64,000 nt of DNA from Oculina patagonica. Its lineage: Eukaryota. The stretch spans positions 6,386,001-6,450,000 of the forward strand of contig NC_135767.1 of NCBI RefSeq assembly GCF_052425735.1, given 5' to 3'. The number at the start of each line of letters is the position of its first letter. The first letter of the stretch is position 1. The position numbers and the translations under genes were made by a program. Below are positions 1 to 11,559 of the stretch, piece after piece. Below the pieces are notes generated by a model. The model was not told where the DNA came from and searched no databases. It saw nothing but the letters and a program-made list of their open reading frames with translations.

Positions 1-324
1 TTCTTTTTTACCTTACTTACATGTCAGGTGTAAACTAATCACATGTTTGTGCTGATACAGTTGCCATTTGTGACTTAGCATGTTGCTAAATTAAAGAAAA
101 ACGAATTTGCTCCTTCACTATTTGCGCCAAAAAAATGTGCAGTGAAAGGCGTTTCTTTCTCTGCAATATTACAGTTATCTTTCGTAATCTGGCACTGTCT
201 CAGTCTTTTCCAGTTCGATCTGAAGGCACTTTTGAACACTGCAAGAAATCAATTTAGCTACTTTTTTCACGCTATTTGGACAATTGTACTTTTCAACTTT
301 ATGTCGATTTACAAAACTGGTCTT

Positions 325-1236
325 TTAAAAACAGTAAAGCTGCCTGATTGTGTCTTTAACTGCTTGTTTGACTCCACTGATTTTCCAACAGTACACGATC
401 GGGTTTAGAGATGAGTTTAACAAGACCAGTGTATGTGTAGCTGACCAAGCCACGATATGTTTAATTCCATTCGTTTCTAGTACTGCCGCAATGCACCACG
501 GAACATAGGAAGCAACTAATGCCAACTGCACCCACATAATGCTGGAAACTGTCTTTTTGTATCTTGCTACGTTTAGTGGAATCCCTTCTCCGTTTTGTTT
601 TCCGTGGGGGACATTGTTTTGTACTTGGGCTTGTTGATGTCGTAGTTTGAGGTGGATCCTCGTGTAACAGAAAATGGAAGTTACCAGACAAAGTATTAAT
701 AAAACAGAGGCTTCCTTTAAGGCGATATCTTCATTCCACAGCCGGAGAAACCCACTTGAAATAGCAATCAACCAAAAACAAGTTATGACTACACGAACTC
801 GCCTCATTGTTACGACATGCCTGTATCTCAGTCCCAGCAACAGTGCGAGAAGTCTGTCCACACTTATTGCTGTCGATGTAAAGACAGATACTCCACATAA
901 AATATAACTTGAAGCTACATTAACTTTGTAAATATAGAACACGACATTCACGTTCACCTTGATTATACGAGACATACTGTAGGTGGAATAAAGTGGTTGA
1001 ACAATGAGACCAACGCAAAGATCAGTGACCGCCAGACATTGAAAGAAAAGTTTTGTCGGAGGATGAATAGAAGAGACATTCTTTAGAGCCACAAGGATCA
1101 GAGCATTGCCCACAGCAGCGGTGATGGAAAGAAAAATGTTCAAAGCTGAAAGAAATTCAACTATGCCTGCTGGTGGTGCGCTGAATGCTTGGTTCAGTTC
1201 GCTTGTGTAGTTTCCTTCCCCAGTAAAGTTCGCCAT
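325..1236 (-). CDS. Intronless class A (rhodopsin-like) orphan GPCR, short-tailed family, copy 1
   Basis: 303-aa ORF with 7 hydrophobic segments. Motifs GNALIL (TM1), LAVTD (TM2), SVDRL (DRY variant), YVP (TM6), NSSLNPIVY (NPxxY). N-terminal sequons NFT/NYT. Confidence 0.93.
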   Translation of the reverse strand: MANFTGEGNYTSELNQAFSAPPAGIVEFLSALNIFLSITAAVGNALILVALKNVSSIHPPTKLFFQCLAVTDLCVGLIVQPLYSTYSMSRIIKVNVNVVFYIYKVNVASSYILCGVSVFTSTAISVDRLLALLLGLRYRHVVTMRRVRVVITCFWLIAISSGFLRLWNEDIALKEASVLLILCLVTSIFCYTRIHLKLRHQQAQVQNNVPHGKQNGEGIPLNVARYKKTVSSIMWVQLALVASYVPWCIAAVLETNGIKHIVAWSATHTLVLLNSSLNPIVYCWKISGVKQAVKDTIRQLYCF

Positions 1237-2510
1237 TGTTCTTGGATAGTCAGAAAATTAAGCTTGTTGTTGAAAAGCTCTGAAAGTTGGGAAATGTACG
1301 AAACTTGGAACTAAAAGTTTCAGCTTTTTGGTGGAATGATGATTTTATGTCCTTGATAGCACGCCCTCTTGATTTCTAAATGCTTGTATTTTTTCTTATT
1401 AAATGTCTCTTTCCTTATTTGCTTTCTAAATGTCCTTTTAACTTTACTACCTAGTTATCCTAAAAAAACACCCAGTTATAATTGCATTATAATTGCATTA
1501 TAATTTTACATCTCGTCATTTGTCATTTTCATGAAGATTTGAGTTAAAAACAGATATAACTGTCAGTTGTTAAAATATAAGAGTATTTGAGATTGTGCTA
1601 TTTTTCCAAGCTGTTAGAGTTTTCCTAAAGATCAAATGAACTGGCATCGGTCACATATCTTTTTTAAACATAAGATATTAAATGAAAAGAGTGGGCGCAT
1701 TTCAAGTTTTGCTGTTATTTACGTAGAGCCTTGAGAAGTAATTAAATCTAGTTATTAAAATAAAACCTATTTTTCTAGCACATCGAGCTTGAATATCAAA
1801 AATCCTTTATAATTGCGATTGAAGATATCGAGTTGGCTGTATCAATGATCATTTGTTTTTCTGTCGGGGTGAGGAACATAGAATATCAATATGCATTCAA
1901 ACATTGCAAGATGCTAAAACTGTTTACACAAAAAATATAAAAGCCGGAGAAAACTGTTTACTCGTCATTTATTAGTTTCAACCGGTGACAATTATTGATC
2001 ATCAGATATTGCAATATTCAAACAAAAATTTGCAAATACTTCCTATAGTCGGCAATTTTCGTTGTAGGAGACATCAGTAGCTTACAAAATGACAGTTCAT
2101 TGCGTAAAAAACAAAACAATATTTCAAATGGGACACCTGCAAAGGAGGGAAAAGCAATGCCCTTTAATCAAATACTTTTATTTCTCGTGAATATGCTCTT
2201 TCGTTATTTCTGAGTTGCCACTTGCTTCTCTTTCTAATAGAAAAACGGTTTTCGGTGAAAACTGACTCATTCATATGGAAATAAGTTTGGGTTAAAAAAA
2301 TTAGCCAGTGATCTCGATCTCGTCCAGACAAGACGAACCAACTGACATTTTTAACTACATGTGAATGAACATTTGGGCAAACTCATCAAGCTCCATACTT
2401 TTGAAACTCGCCATTTGTCCTTTTCTCGAACTTATGAAGTCATGTTTTTCTTGAAGAAAGTGAATTATATATGCTGTCAGTAAATTGGTCATATTAACTC
2501 GTTTGCTAAT

Positions 2511-2561
2511 TCAATGGTTCAATTTGCTTGTGTAGTTTCCTTCTCCAGTAAAGTTCGCCAT
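2511..2561 (-). pseudogene. 5' stub of a fourth short-tailed GPCR copy
   Basis: The reverse complement reads MANFTGEGNYTSKLNH*, matching the N-termini of the three intact copies. Its upstream flank (2562 onward) aligns with the flank of the 5382-6293 gene. The rest of the CDS is absent. Confidence 0.85.
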
Positions 2562-4700
2562 TGTTCTTGGGTGGTCTGAAAATTAAGCTTGTCTTGAAGA
2601 GTTCTTGAAGTCGAGTATGCTCCGAAATTTAGAAGTTTTAGCTTGCAGCTTTGATAGTGAGTTAGTGATTTTATATGTCACCGATAACACATCCGCTTGT
2701 GCTTTGTAAGTGTTTCTTGCAGGACTTCCTATTTATTTTTAAAGGAATGAATGTTTGTTTTTAACTTGATAGATCTGTCAGTTGGTGAGATATCAAAACT
2801 GAGCTTGTTCTTTTTTGTTTTGGGAAACTGTCGGTAACCTGTCGGTGGCCTGTCGGTAGTCTGTTGGTAACCTGTCGGCCGACTATTGACCGACAGTCGG
2901 TTAGCGGGAGCTGTTCTTCACAATTACCCAATAAAGACTGAAAACATAGATCGGTCACATATCATAGCGAAGAGGTCTGAAAATTACTGCCGTTGTTTAG
3001 GTGTAGAGTCTTATCAAGTCTATCGATAGATATTACAGCTGTAGACCGTTTTTCCTCTTATTAATTAAAATAAATTTACCTAATTTTGTTGTCATGCACG
3101 TAGCACATCGTGCGGCTTAATTATTGAAAATTCTTCATAATCGTGATCGACTTGTCAAAGGTACAGACGTGTATTGAGTAAGCAGGAAAATAGTATTTCT
3201 TCTTGTGTGTGTGTGTTTGTGTGTGCGGGTTCAGGAACACACAAAACTGATCCATATGCATTAACACGTTGTAAGATTCTAAACTATACATACATACACA
3301 GTTTTAGAGCCGGGCACAGTTGTTTTCTAATTATCTAATGTATTAGTTTTTCACTGGTGACAATTAGCATCGGTTGTGTTTAATCAGACTTCAAAGTTTG
3401 ACAAGCATGGCCATTAACCTGGTTTGAACGAAAATGGCAGATAACGTTAGGGATGTGCGCAATTCACTTTGAACTGGCGATAGATTAAATTGTATTCTGC
3501 AGCAAGATGAATAGAATTACATGTATATTCCGCAGCTAAGAGGTTTCAACCTTTGGAGGACAAAACGTTTCTTCTAAGAAAGGCATTTTGAATTTCTTTC
3601 GAAAATTTAAACTTCTTTTTCTTTTTCACCTACACATGGAAGCGGAATTTTGTAGAGAAAGTAAATTCTTGGCTTGCCAATGCTGCCAGACTACGTGGTC
3701 CAAAATATTTGTTTTGCGAGAAGCAATTAAATAAAAAGTTTACCTTTAAGAGTGTGAAAAATTTGACATGTAAAGCTCAGATAGGACACACAAGGAATCA
3801 ATTTTGTCAAATGACAAGATAATCATCAGTGTTTATTACCGGAAAATTGTAGAAAAAATGGCTCTGCTCTTAAAAGTGTGAACAAAAAGGCCGTAAATAT
3901 TAAAAGGTGGGCTTTCTCAAAGTCGTTTCCTTCTGGTTCAGAAGGCCTGCTCTCTCGTGCTCCGCTTTCCTTCAGCTCAACTTGAAAGCAAGTCTAATTG
4001 AACGGTAAATATAGTGGTTTTAATTGACAAAATAAACATTTGTCGTTGCGTAGTCTGGTAGCGTGGGCAAGTCAAGAATTAATTTTCTCAAACACTTCCC
4101 CTTACAAGTGCAGGTGATCTGAAATCGAAATTTAAGTTTCTCGTAAACATTTAGCTTAAAGATGCTTTGAAAATTTCCAAAATAACTATACGAGGCTTTG
4201 CCAGCCTACAGTTCATCAATTCAGTGAAAATAAAACTTTAGTCAAATGAAAGTCAGTATTTTTTTTAGTATTTTTCACAACAGTGCTTGCACTGGAAATA
4301 ATTCCACTGAGTTCTAATGCCAAGTGGATTATGAAACGCATTTTTATTTCTGTCCTTTCAACTACAATCATAATGTTTTTTTATAATTACGGAATAGAAC
4401 CTTAGTCACTGTGGTTGCGTATGTTGTGAGTTTGTCTATGTGGTTGTTCTTTCGACTGCACCAGATGTCCTTGTGTTTTGTTGAGTTTTGCTGCGTTGTG
4501 TTTATATCGGCAAGAAACACTCTGAATCTAACTCAGCCCAGCTTTATAAATGATCGAGCATCAGTGAATTGTTGGAGGTATCTGACTAAATGATATGATA
4601 ATGACCATTCTCAATGACTCAGTTAATTTATCCATTTCTTAAAGACGGCTTTTTCAGCTCTCATGAAGAAGCAATTTCCATATTTCGAAGATTTCTTTGT
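2515..4700. repeat. Segmental duplication unit; paralogous to ~6247-8340 and partly to ~9570-10430
   Basis: Long near-identical non-coding stretches, e.g. gatcggtcacatatcatagcgaagaggtctg at ~2949 and ~6588, and cagcccagctttataaa at ~4534, ~8164 and ~10413. Confidence 0.9.
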
Positions 4701-5381
4701 GTCTTTTTCAAATTAAATGAACGATATGTCGCGATATTTCAGTTAAGTCATTTTTCTAATATATTCAAAATTACTTTGAAACTAAACGAAACGTTAAAAA
4801 ATAATAGTTTTCTAAGGAAGAATAGCCACGGTAATAGAAAGAAAATAATAAATAAAAAATAAACAAGAATGAATACGACTGAGGAAGATTGAGGGGGATA
4901 ACAAACGACGAAGCTGAAAAATTTGACCGGATTTTATTTAACATTCTGTGTTAACTTTTCAAACAAATTATCACACTTACTTGATTACAATCCTTAATTT
5001 AGCAAAAGTTTTAACTCTGGTAAAGGTCACAATAAATCGGCATAAACTGTTAAATGTCTGTTGTGGAACATAACATCGCGTTTACATTTATTAAAGTTTT
5101 CTCATCGGTGGCTTAGCATGGTAGCTAAATTAAAGTGTTAAAGTTAAAACAAAGTGGCTGCTTCACTGTTTGAGCCAGATGGATATGTATTGGATGGCTC
5201 ATCTTCGTCTACAGTTTTGCAGTTTATCGTTCGTAATCTTGCGCTGTCTCAATCTTTTCCAGTTCGATTAAATTGAAGGCAATTTTGAACATTGTAAGAA
5301 ATATATTTGGCTTTTTTTCACGCTATTTGGACACTGTCATTTGTACTTTGCAACTTAACGTCGTTCTACAGAACTTGTCTT

Positions 5382-6293
5382 TTAAAAACAGTAAAGCTGC
5401 CTGATTGCGCCTTTAACTGCTTGTTTCACTTCTCTGATTTTCCAACAGTACAAGATCGGGTTAAGAGATGAATTTAAAAAGATTAGAGTCTCTGTAGCTA
5501 TCAAAGCCACGAAATGTTCAATTCGATTCCCGTTTAGTACAACTACAATTACCCACGGAACATAGCAGGCAACTAATGCCAACTGCACCCACATAATGCT
5601 GGAAACTGTCTTTTTGTATCTTGCTATGTTTAGTGGAAGTCCTTCTCCGTTCTGTTGTCCGTGGGGGACATTGTTTTGAACTTGGGCTTGTTGATGACGT
5701 AGTTTGAGGTGGATCCTCGTGTTACAGAAAATAGAAGTTACGAGACAAAGTATTAAGACAACAGAGGCTACCTTAATGGCGATATCTCCATTCCACACCC
5801 GGAGCCATCCAACTGAAGCAGCAAATAGCCAGAAACAAGTTATGACTACACGAACTCGCCTTAATGTTACGGTATGTCTGTATCTCAGTCCCAGCAACAG
5901 TGCGAGAAGTCTGTCCACACTAATTGCTGTCGATGTGAAGACAGATACTCCACACAAAATAAAAGCTGAAGCTGAATAAACTTTGAAAATATAGAACAAA
6001 ACAGTGCCGTTGATTTTTTTAATACCAGACATAATTTCGGTTGTGAATAGTGGTTGTACAATAAGACCAACGCAAAGATCAGTGACCGCCAGACATCGAA
6101 AGAAACGTTTTGTCGGGGAATGAATAGAAGAGACATTCTTCAGAGCCACAAGGATCAGAGTATTGCCCACAGCAGCTGTGATAGAAAGAAAAATGTTCAA
6201 AGCTGAAAAACATGCAGCTAAGCCTACTGGTGGTGCGCTGAGTGTTTGGTTCAGTTTGCTTATGTAGTTTCCTTCTCCAGTAAAGTTCGTCAT
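5382..6293 (-). CDS. Intronless class A orphan GPCR, short-tailed family, copy 2
   Basis: 303-aa ORF with GN, LAVTD, SVDRL, CYVP and NSSLNPILY motifs; paralog of 325-1236. Confidence 0.93.
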   Translation of the reverse strand: MTNFTGEGNYISKLNQTLSAPPVGLAACFSALNIFLSITAAVGNTLILVALKNVSSIHSPTKRFFRCLAVTDLCVGLIVQPLFTTEIMSGIKKINGTVLFYIFKVYSASAFILCGVSVFTSTAISVDRLLALLLGLRYRHTVTLRRVRVVITCFWLFAASVGWLRVWNGDIAIKVASVVLILCLVTSIFCNTRIHLKLRHQQAQVQNNVPHGQQNGEGLPLNIARYKKTVSSIMWVQLALVACYVPWVIVVVLNGNRIEHFVALIATETLIFLNSSLNPILYCWKIREVKQAVKGAIRQLYCF

Positions 6294-8445
6294 TGTTCTT
6301 GGGTGGTCTGAAAATTAAGCTTGTCTTGAAGAGTTCTTGAAGTTGAGTATGCTCCGAAATTTTTTGAAGTTTTAGCTTGCAGCTTTGTTAGTGAGCTGGT
6401 GATTTTATATGTCGCTGATAACACATCTGCTTGTGCTTTGTAAGTGTTTCTTGCAGGACTTCCTATTTAATTTAAAGGCAATGAATGGTTGTTTTTAACT
6501 TGATAGATCTGTCAGTTAGTGAGATATCAAAATTAAGATTGTGCTATTTTTCTCAGCTGTTAGAGTCCAATAAAGACCGAAAACATAGATCGGTCACATA
6601 TCATAGCGAAGAGGTCTGAAAAATTACTGCCGTTATTTAGGTGTAGAGTCTTATCGAGTCTATCGATAGATGTTACAGCTGTAGACCGTTTTTCCTCTTA
6701 TTAATTAAACTAAATTTACCTAATTTTGTTGTCATAAACGTAGCACATCGTGCGGCTTAATTCTTGAAAATCCTTCATAATCGTGATCGACTTGTCAAAG
6801 GTACAGACGTGTATTGAGTAAGCAGGAAAATAGTATTTCTTCTTGTGTGTGTGTGTTTGTGTGTGCGGGTTCAGCAACGCACATTACTGATCCATATGCA
6901 TTAACACGGTGTAAGATTCTAAGCTATACATACATACACAGTTTTAGAGCCGGGCACAGTTGTTTTCTAATTATCTAATGTATTAGTTTTTCACTGGTGT
7001 TAATTAGCATCGGTTGTGTTTAATCAGACTTCAAGGTTTGACAGGCAGGGCCATTAACTTGGTTTGAACGAAAATGGCAGATAACGTTTGGGATGTGCTC
7101 AAATCACTTTCAACTGGCGATAAATAAAATTATATTCTCCAAGAAGTTGAATGAAATTACGTTCTGCAGCAAAATGTTCTCTACCTTTGGAAGACAAGAC
7201 GTTTTTTCTAGGAAAGGCATTTTTAATGTTTTCTCGAAACTTAACTTCTTTTTTTTTTCACCTACACATGGAAGCGGAATTTTGTAGAGAAAGTAAATTC
7301 TTGACTATCCAATTCTTTCACACTGCGTGGTGCAAAATATTTGTTTTGCGAGAAGCAATTAATTTAAAATTTACCTTAGAAGTGTGGAAAATTTGACATG
7401 TGAAGCTCATACAACACACACAAAAACGAATGTTGTCAAATGACAAGATAGTCATCGATGTTTATTACAAGAATATTGTGGCAAAAATGGCTCCGCTCTG
7501 CAAAAAGTCCCAATAAAAAGCCATGAAAATAAAAAAAATGGACTTTCTCAAAGTCGTTCCCTTCTGGTTCACAAGGCCTGCTCTCTCGTGCTCCGCTTTC
7601 CTTCAGCTCAACTTGAAAGCAAGTTTAGTTGAACGGTAAATATTGTGGTTTTGACAAAATAAACATTTGTCGTTATACAGTCTGGTAGCGTAGGCAAGTC
7701 CAGAATTAATTTTTTCTAAACACTTCCCCTTACAACTGCAGGTGATCTGAAATCGAAATTTAAGTTTCTCGTACACATGTAGCTTAAAAATGCCTTGAAA
7801 ATTACCAAAATGAGTATACGAGGCTTTGCCAGCCTACAGACGGAGAAATCTACAGTGGAAATAGAAATTTAGTAAAATGAAGTCATTTTTTCAGTATATT
7901 TCACAACAGTGCTTCTACTGGAGATAATTCCAGTGAGTTCTTATGCCAACTGGATTATAAAACGCATTTTTATTTTTTCTCTTTCGACTACAATCATAAT
8001 GTTTTTTCATTAATTACGGAATAGAACCTTAGTCGCTGTGGTTGCATATGTTGTAGAGGTGTCCTGGTCGAGCTGGTAGTTCTTTCGTGTGCTTCAGATT
8101 TCCTTGCGTTTTGTTGAGTTGCGCTGCATTGTGTTTAAGGAAAGAAAGACTCTAACTTAAATTCAGCCCAGCTTTATAAATGAGCATCAGCGAATTGTTG
8201 TTGAAATCTTACTAAATGCTTGTAAAAGACCTGTGATTGTCTAGGCCAATGTTCATTGTAAAGGACGTAGTTAATTTATCCATTTGGTAAATACGGCTTA
8301 CTCAGGCCCTATGAAGAGGCTATTTCTGAGTTTTGTTTGTGTTACTTTCTAATGAAACGAGCGATATATACACCTTATTCGATGGTTTATCATATAATAC
8401 GCGCAGATATATATTATACTTTGCGTCGATCTTCACAGCTCGTCT

Positions 8446-9354
8446 TTAAAAACAGCAACACTGCCTGATTGTGCCTTTGACTGCTTGTTTCACTTCCCTG
8501 ATTTTCCAACAGTAAAGGATCGGGTTTAGAGTCGAGTTTAAGAAGAATAGAGTCTCTACAGCTAACCAAGTCACAACAATTTCATTCACATTTAGCACAG
8601 CAACAATGCCCCACGGAACATAGCAGGCAACTAATGCCAACTGCACCCACATAATGCTGGAAACTGTCTTTTTGTATCTTGCTATGTTTAGTGGAATCCC
8701 TTCTCCGTTCTGTTGTCCGTGAGGGACATTGTTTTGTACTTGGGCTTGTTGATGTCGTAGTTTGAGGTGGATCCTCGTGTAACAGAAAATGGAAGTTACC
8801 AGGCAAAGTATTAAGCCAATAGGAGTTGCCTTATAAGCGATACTTCTTCTCCACACCCAGAGCAATCCACTTGAAATAGCAATTAGCCAAAAGCAAGTTA
8901 TGACTACACGAACTCGCCTCAATGTTACGACATGTCTGTATCTCAGTCCCAGCAACAGTGCGAGAAGTCTGTCCACACTTATTGCTGCCGACACCAAGCT
9001 AGATACTGTACACAAAATATAACCTGAAGCTCCCCAAACGTTGTTAACGTAGAACAGCACATTGACTTTCATATTTATTATACGAGACATGATACGGACA
9101 GCATAAAGGGGTTGTATAATAAGACCAACGGAAAGATCAGTGACCGCCAGACATCGAAAGAAAAGTTTTGTCGGAGGATGAATAGAAGAAACATTCTTCA
9201 GTGCATAAAGGATCAGAGCATTGCCCACAGCAGCGATGATGGAAAGAAAAATGTTGAAAGCTGAAAAAAATTCAACTACGCCTGCTGGTGGTGCGCTGAG
9301 TGCTTGGTTCGGTTCAGTGCTTGTGTAGTTTCCTTCTCCAGTAAAGTTCGCCAT
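8446..9354 (-). CDS. Intronless class A orphan GPCR, short-tailed family, copy 3
   Basis: 302-aa ORF with the same motifs; ends QCCCF. Confidence 0.93.
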   Translation of the reverse strand: MANFTGEGNYTSTEPNQALSAPPAGVVEFFSAFNIFLSIIAAVGNALILYALKNVSSIHPPTKLFFRCLAVTDLSVGLIIQPLYAVRIMSRIINMKVNVLFYVNNVWGASGYILCTVSSLVSAAISVDRLLALLLGLRYRHVVTLRRVRVVITCFWLIAISSGLLWVWRRSIAYKATPIGLILCLVTSIFCYTRIHLKLRHQQAQVQNNVPHGQQNGEGIPLNIARYKKTVSSIMWVQLALVACYVPWGIVAVLNVNEIVVTWLAVETLFFLNSTLNPILYCWKIREVKQAVKGTIRQCCCF

Positions 9355-11559
9355 TGCTGTTGGGTGGTCAGAAAGTTATGCTTGCCTGGGAGAGTGCTTG
9401 AAGTTGAGAAAGTTCCAAAGCTTTAAGAAAATAACATTAGCTTTCTTCTTTGTTATTTGAGATGATGATTTCATATGTCACTGAAAACACGCCCACCTGT
9501 GCTAATAACGTGTATATTAACATAGTGGACGTTTTATAATATTAGGAAAAAACAGCTCTGCTTTGCTCCACTCTGCTTAAAATTCCAAAATCCCTGTGAA
9601 AAGGTGAAGGTAAAGTTTATTGTCGATTATTGTTTTTGACAAAATAAAAAAATATTTTTGTTGTGCATTTTGGTAGTGTGGACATTAGCCAAGAATTCAT
9701 TTTCTCTAAACACTTCCGCTTATTTTGACAAGTGCAGGTGGTTTGAACATGGATCTTAAAAATGCCCTTTCTAGGTAAAAGTTTCGTCTGTACAAGTTAA
9801 TAACGGGCTGTCGACATATTCACTTGTTGCCTTAACTGGACGTTTAGGACAAAACGTTCTCTGTCGTTAATTCAAAATTTGAACATGCAATGTTTGATGT
9901 TAATTGCGTGTTGTCGTTTCGTGATGTTAAGAGCGTGTTTTGACATCCGTGTTGACTTCAGGATGCTACCGACGGGTGGTTCCATTTAAGGCAAACGGCA
10001 AATATTTGTTTATACTGCCAAGACTTGACAATTTATAAATAAACTATGCGAGACTTACCAGCCTACAGTTTTTTCATTTTAGAAACCTGCAGTGGGAATA
10101 AAAAACTTTGTAAAATGAAAGTTATTTATTTTAGTATATTTCAGAACAGTTCTTCAACTGGAATTAATTCTGTCACCAAGTTCTGATACCAACTAGATTG
10201 TGAAGCGCATTTTTATTTTCACCCTTTCGACTACAATCATATCTTTTTTTTTCATTAATTCTGGAATAGAACCTTAGTCACTGAGAGTGCATATGTTGTA
10301 AAGTTGAGCTGATGTAGTTGGTAGTTCTTTCGAGTACAGCAGATGTCCTCGTGTTTTGTTGAGTTGCGCTGCGTTGTGTTAAAGAAAAGAAAGAAAGACT
10401 CCTACTTAAACTCAGCCCAGCTTTATAAAAATATATATATTATATAATATATTAATGCTGAAGAGGAGCCGACGATTTGCTAAGATTCCCTCGAGGGGAA
10501 GTTTGTATTTAAGTGGCTAATGTTTATTCACAAGAGTGTATTTCCATATTTCCGAGATTTTTGTGTCACTATTAATTAGAGTGAGCGCTATTTCACGGTA
10601 TTTTAAGTCGTTTTTCTGATATACAAAATTACTTCCAAATTTAAGGGAATACTAAAAATTAATAATGGATTAATAAAATTAATGGATGGTTACGACTGTC
10701 AAAGGTAAAGAGGAATACGAACTGCAAATTGATCTTAAAATAAAACAGAAGATCTATTCACACACTGCAAAAGCTTTCGTGTGAAAATGAGTTTGATATA
10801 TATAAAAATAAGCCTGAAATATCCCGCAGTCGTCTTTTCGTTTCTTAATCCTTGTGAATTGTGAAAATTAAAAATTTCCACCATACACATACGAATATTG
10901 AGTTATCTAAAATTGATGTTTTCGCTGATTCAAGGCCGAAAATTTATGTGCAGAAGCTGAAAGGGTTGTTCGGGGCGGTCTTTTACTGTTCCTTTTAGTT
11001 AATATTTGTTTAAAAACTGGCATACCGATATATGCAGTGTTTATTTCATCGAACTTGCACAAAAACCGGCCTTGTTTTTTCATTGTCTGCTTATGTTCGA
11101 TTCCAAAACACTTTTTCTTCTCGGAGACAAAATCTTCGTGCGCAACAAATGCTGCGTGTGTTTGAAAACCCAAATTATATTGCCAAAAACCACAAAATAT
11201 ACAAATAAAGTAAATAAAAATATTCTACAAAGCAAAATAGAACGAGTATTTTGTGGAAGAAGTACAGGATTACACGGATGAAAGTGGTTTACAGTTCATC
11301 AAATTTGATTTTGTGACAGGATGTTAAGAAATCAAACGTTCCATTCTGGCGAAATTTCAGTTGAATCTTTAGTCCGATACATTTCTATTAGGTCCTATTA
11401 CATGTAAAGTTGATGTTTCTTTGCTTTACCGACCGTCCCTGTAGTTTGGAACACCCTCTTTCCCATTCCCCTTCCCTACCCTCATTTCGAACCAAGCAAC
11501 AAAACAAAGGCAGTGAAAACTTATTTTTTTTATTTATTATTTTTTTTTTTTTATAACAG

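Noticed and set aside
142-907. ORFs overlapping GPCR genes (also 5704-6136, 8582-8806, 53384-54687, 57682-58811, 60799-62381)
   Set aside because: Antisense or alternate-frame shadows; their recurrence only reflects paralogy of the real genes.
10456-10500. CTGAAGAG...-containing hammerhead-like string
   Set aside because: No properly placed GAAA or closing stems.
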